Of a DNA stretch of 64,000 nt, positions 62,483 to 64,000 are shown piece by piece. Within the stretch, counting starts at the first letter, position 1. Each line of letters begins with the position of its first letter. Made by a program: the position numbers and the translations under genes. The DNA is from Azolla caroliniana (Eukaryota; Plantae; Polypodiophyta): assembly GCA_043228905.1 (NCBI GenBank), contig JBHGNT010000015.1, positions 6,882,001-6,946,000 on the forward strand, read 5' to 3'. The notes under the pieces are model-generated. The model ran no database searches and had not been told where the DNA came from. It was given only the letters and a program-made list of their open reading frames with translations.

Positions 62483-63806
62483 TGTCTTGATATAGCATGG
62501 TATGGCTTCAAACATGATATAGCATGGTACAACTTCAAAAAGATTTGAACCCATGACCTTGTGTCACATGGGTTGAAGCCCTACCATTAGGCTTTATATT
62601 GTAAAACAAAGAACATTGTTTTCATTTATTATTTCACCTAGGAAATCCATGTATATTCTAGATTTCTTTGGTAAATTCTAGAAATGTCAAGAATACTTCT
62701 AAGCACACTATAAAAAGAGGCACATGGCATTATTGAGAACCAATTCTGTTCAACGCCAGTCTTAAGCCCCCTAGTTGTTCTTGTATCAGATTTCTTCATA
62801 TAATATCATATACTTCTTGTTGTCATCATTATCTCTCTATACTCTCTCTCTCTCTCTCTCTCTTCTCTCTCGTGATTCTCACACACTCTTTCCCTTCTTA
62901 GTACAAATCCCCATTCTTCTCCTCTTTCTTTAGTACTAATCTCTCCTTGCTTCTAGTAGTATCCCTGACAGTTTGAATCGAATTTGTCTTGAGCTTCGTA
63001 TCCCTCCTTCCGTTCATACTAATCTTCTTATCCTTCCTTCCTCCAATACTATGGCAACTGTTAGCACTCAAGAATACCAATCGGTTTTCTCGGAGTTGCA
63101 ATGCTTGAAAGAAAGGTTTGTCACATTGGAACAAGATGTCACAGATGAACAATTGGAAGATAAAGAGATGGGGAAGTTGATGACAATGAGTAAGAATATC
63201 TATTCCATGACTGGTATTGATTTCCTTGATGTTAACAAGGGAGATCAACCCTTTTTATACATGTAGTGAAGCATTATAAGCATGCTCATGCCAAGTCTTA
63301 CATACTATACTATCAAGCATACTAATTCTTGCATTCCAAGTCTTATATACTGAGTCTTATATACCACTCTTTATACAAAGGTTTAAAATCTAAAGTTTGT
63401 CTAGGAGAAATATATATATACAAGAACCTAGGCTAAAATTCAAGTCGATGTTCATGACATTATCCTTCCCTTAAGCGCCGACTTCAAGAAGGTGCAGGTT
63501 TGTCAAGATATCGGAGATGAAAATCATGAACCATTTCCGGGGCATTGAGTAAATTTCTAGCGGGCACATGTCCGTGTCTGTGACAGTACCCATGTGGCCT
63601 CAGAGATGGGATATCCTTTCCACAAGACCATATACTGGAGCTTCCGTCGGCTCTTGCGTGAGTCTAGAATGGTCTCGACTTCATACTCATCCCCAGTCGC
63701 CAAAGCCACAGGGGGGTGGTGGCTCGATGCTTCTTCCTGGAATTGAGGATGGATGATAGAGCTCAAGAAGTGATGCATGGAAGACATTGTGAATTCGATA
63801 GTGTGA
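62483..63806 (-). mobile_element. Chromovirus-type Ty3/Gypsy I: 3' LTR 62483-63459, PPT and integrase C-terminus with chromodomain
   Basis: Termini TGTCTTGA / TCATGACA. Minus-strand PPT AAGGGAAGGATAA at 63460-63472. IHNVFHASLL and EYEVETILDSRKSRRKLQYMVLWKGYPISEATWV. Confidence 0.85.
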
Positions 63807-64000
63807 TGTGAGAGGAATAACGAGTAATATTGCTAAGCCCCAACCAAGTCTTGAACACTTCTTTCGAAGGAAACACAGAAATAGGAAGTGGAGAGTACAC
63901 AAAGGAAATACCCAGGATGTTTACGTGGAAAACCCTAAATGGGAAAAACCACGGGAGCCCACAGACTCCAACTATCACTATAGGAGAAAGGTACAATCAG
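63807..64000 (-). repeat. LTR J (same family as solo LTR G), inserted in the chromovirus integrase; runs off the window
   Basis: The reverse complement matches 31350-31541 closely, and the ORF-track peptides MYLSPIVIVGV... are nearly identical. Confidence 0.88.

Overview
Eukaryotic, plant nuclear DNA; no prokaryotic features. The window carries a MIR396 hairpin, chromodomain and non-chromodomain Ty3/Gypsy elements, Tnt1-like Ty1/Copia and an RTEX-like LINE, which together suggest a non-seed vascular plant such as a fern or lycophyte (inference). Bases 1-35.5 kb and 56.8-64 kb are deeply nested transposon clusters. For most insertions the order can be read from LTR termini, PBS/PPT motifs, target-site duplications (TSDs) and reading frames that rejoin across the insert. 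Only one element is intact: a 5,341-bp Copia (22670-28010) with apparently identical 614-bp LTRs, a GGTTA TSD and an uninterrupted 1,357-aa gag-pol. Bases 36-56 kb are AT- and microsatellite-rich non-coding DNA with no credible host protein gene, but contain a long-stem MIR396 precursor (about 47357-47582). The most unusual observations are tRNA-like Pol III A/B-box modules in two unrelated LTR families and upstream of the LINE, a 2.4-kb inversion inside a Copia, an LTR with convergent TATA boxes and an antisense ORF, an extra TATA-preceded ORF downstream of a Gypsy integrase, and DHG-protease/FLDD-RT Gypsy elements primed by tRNA-Trp. All alignments were done by eye and no database searches were run. 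Element labels A-J are my own.
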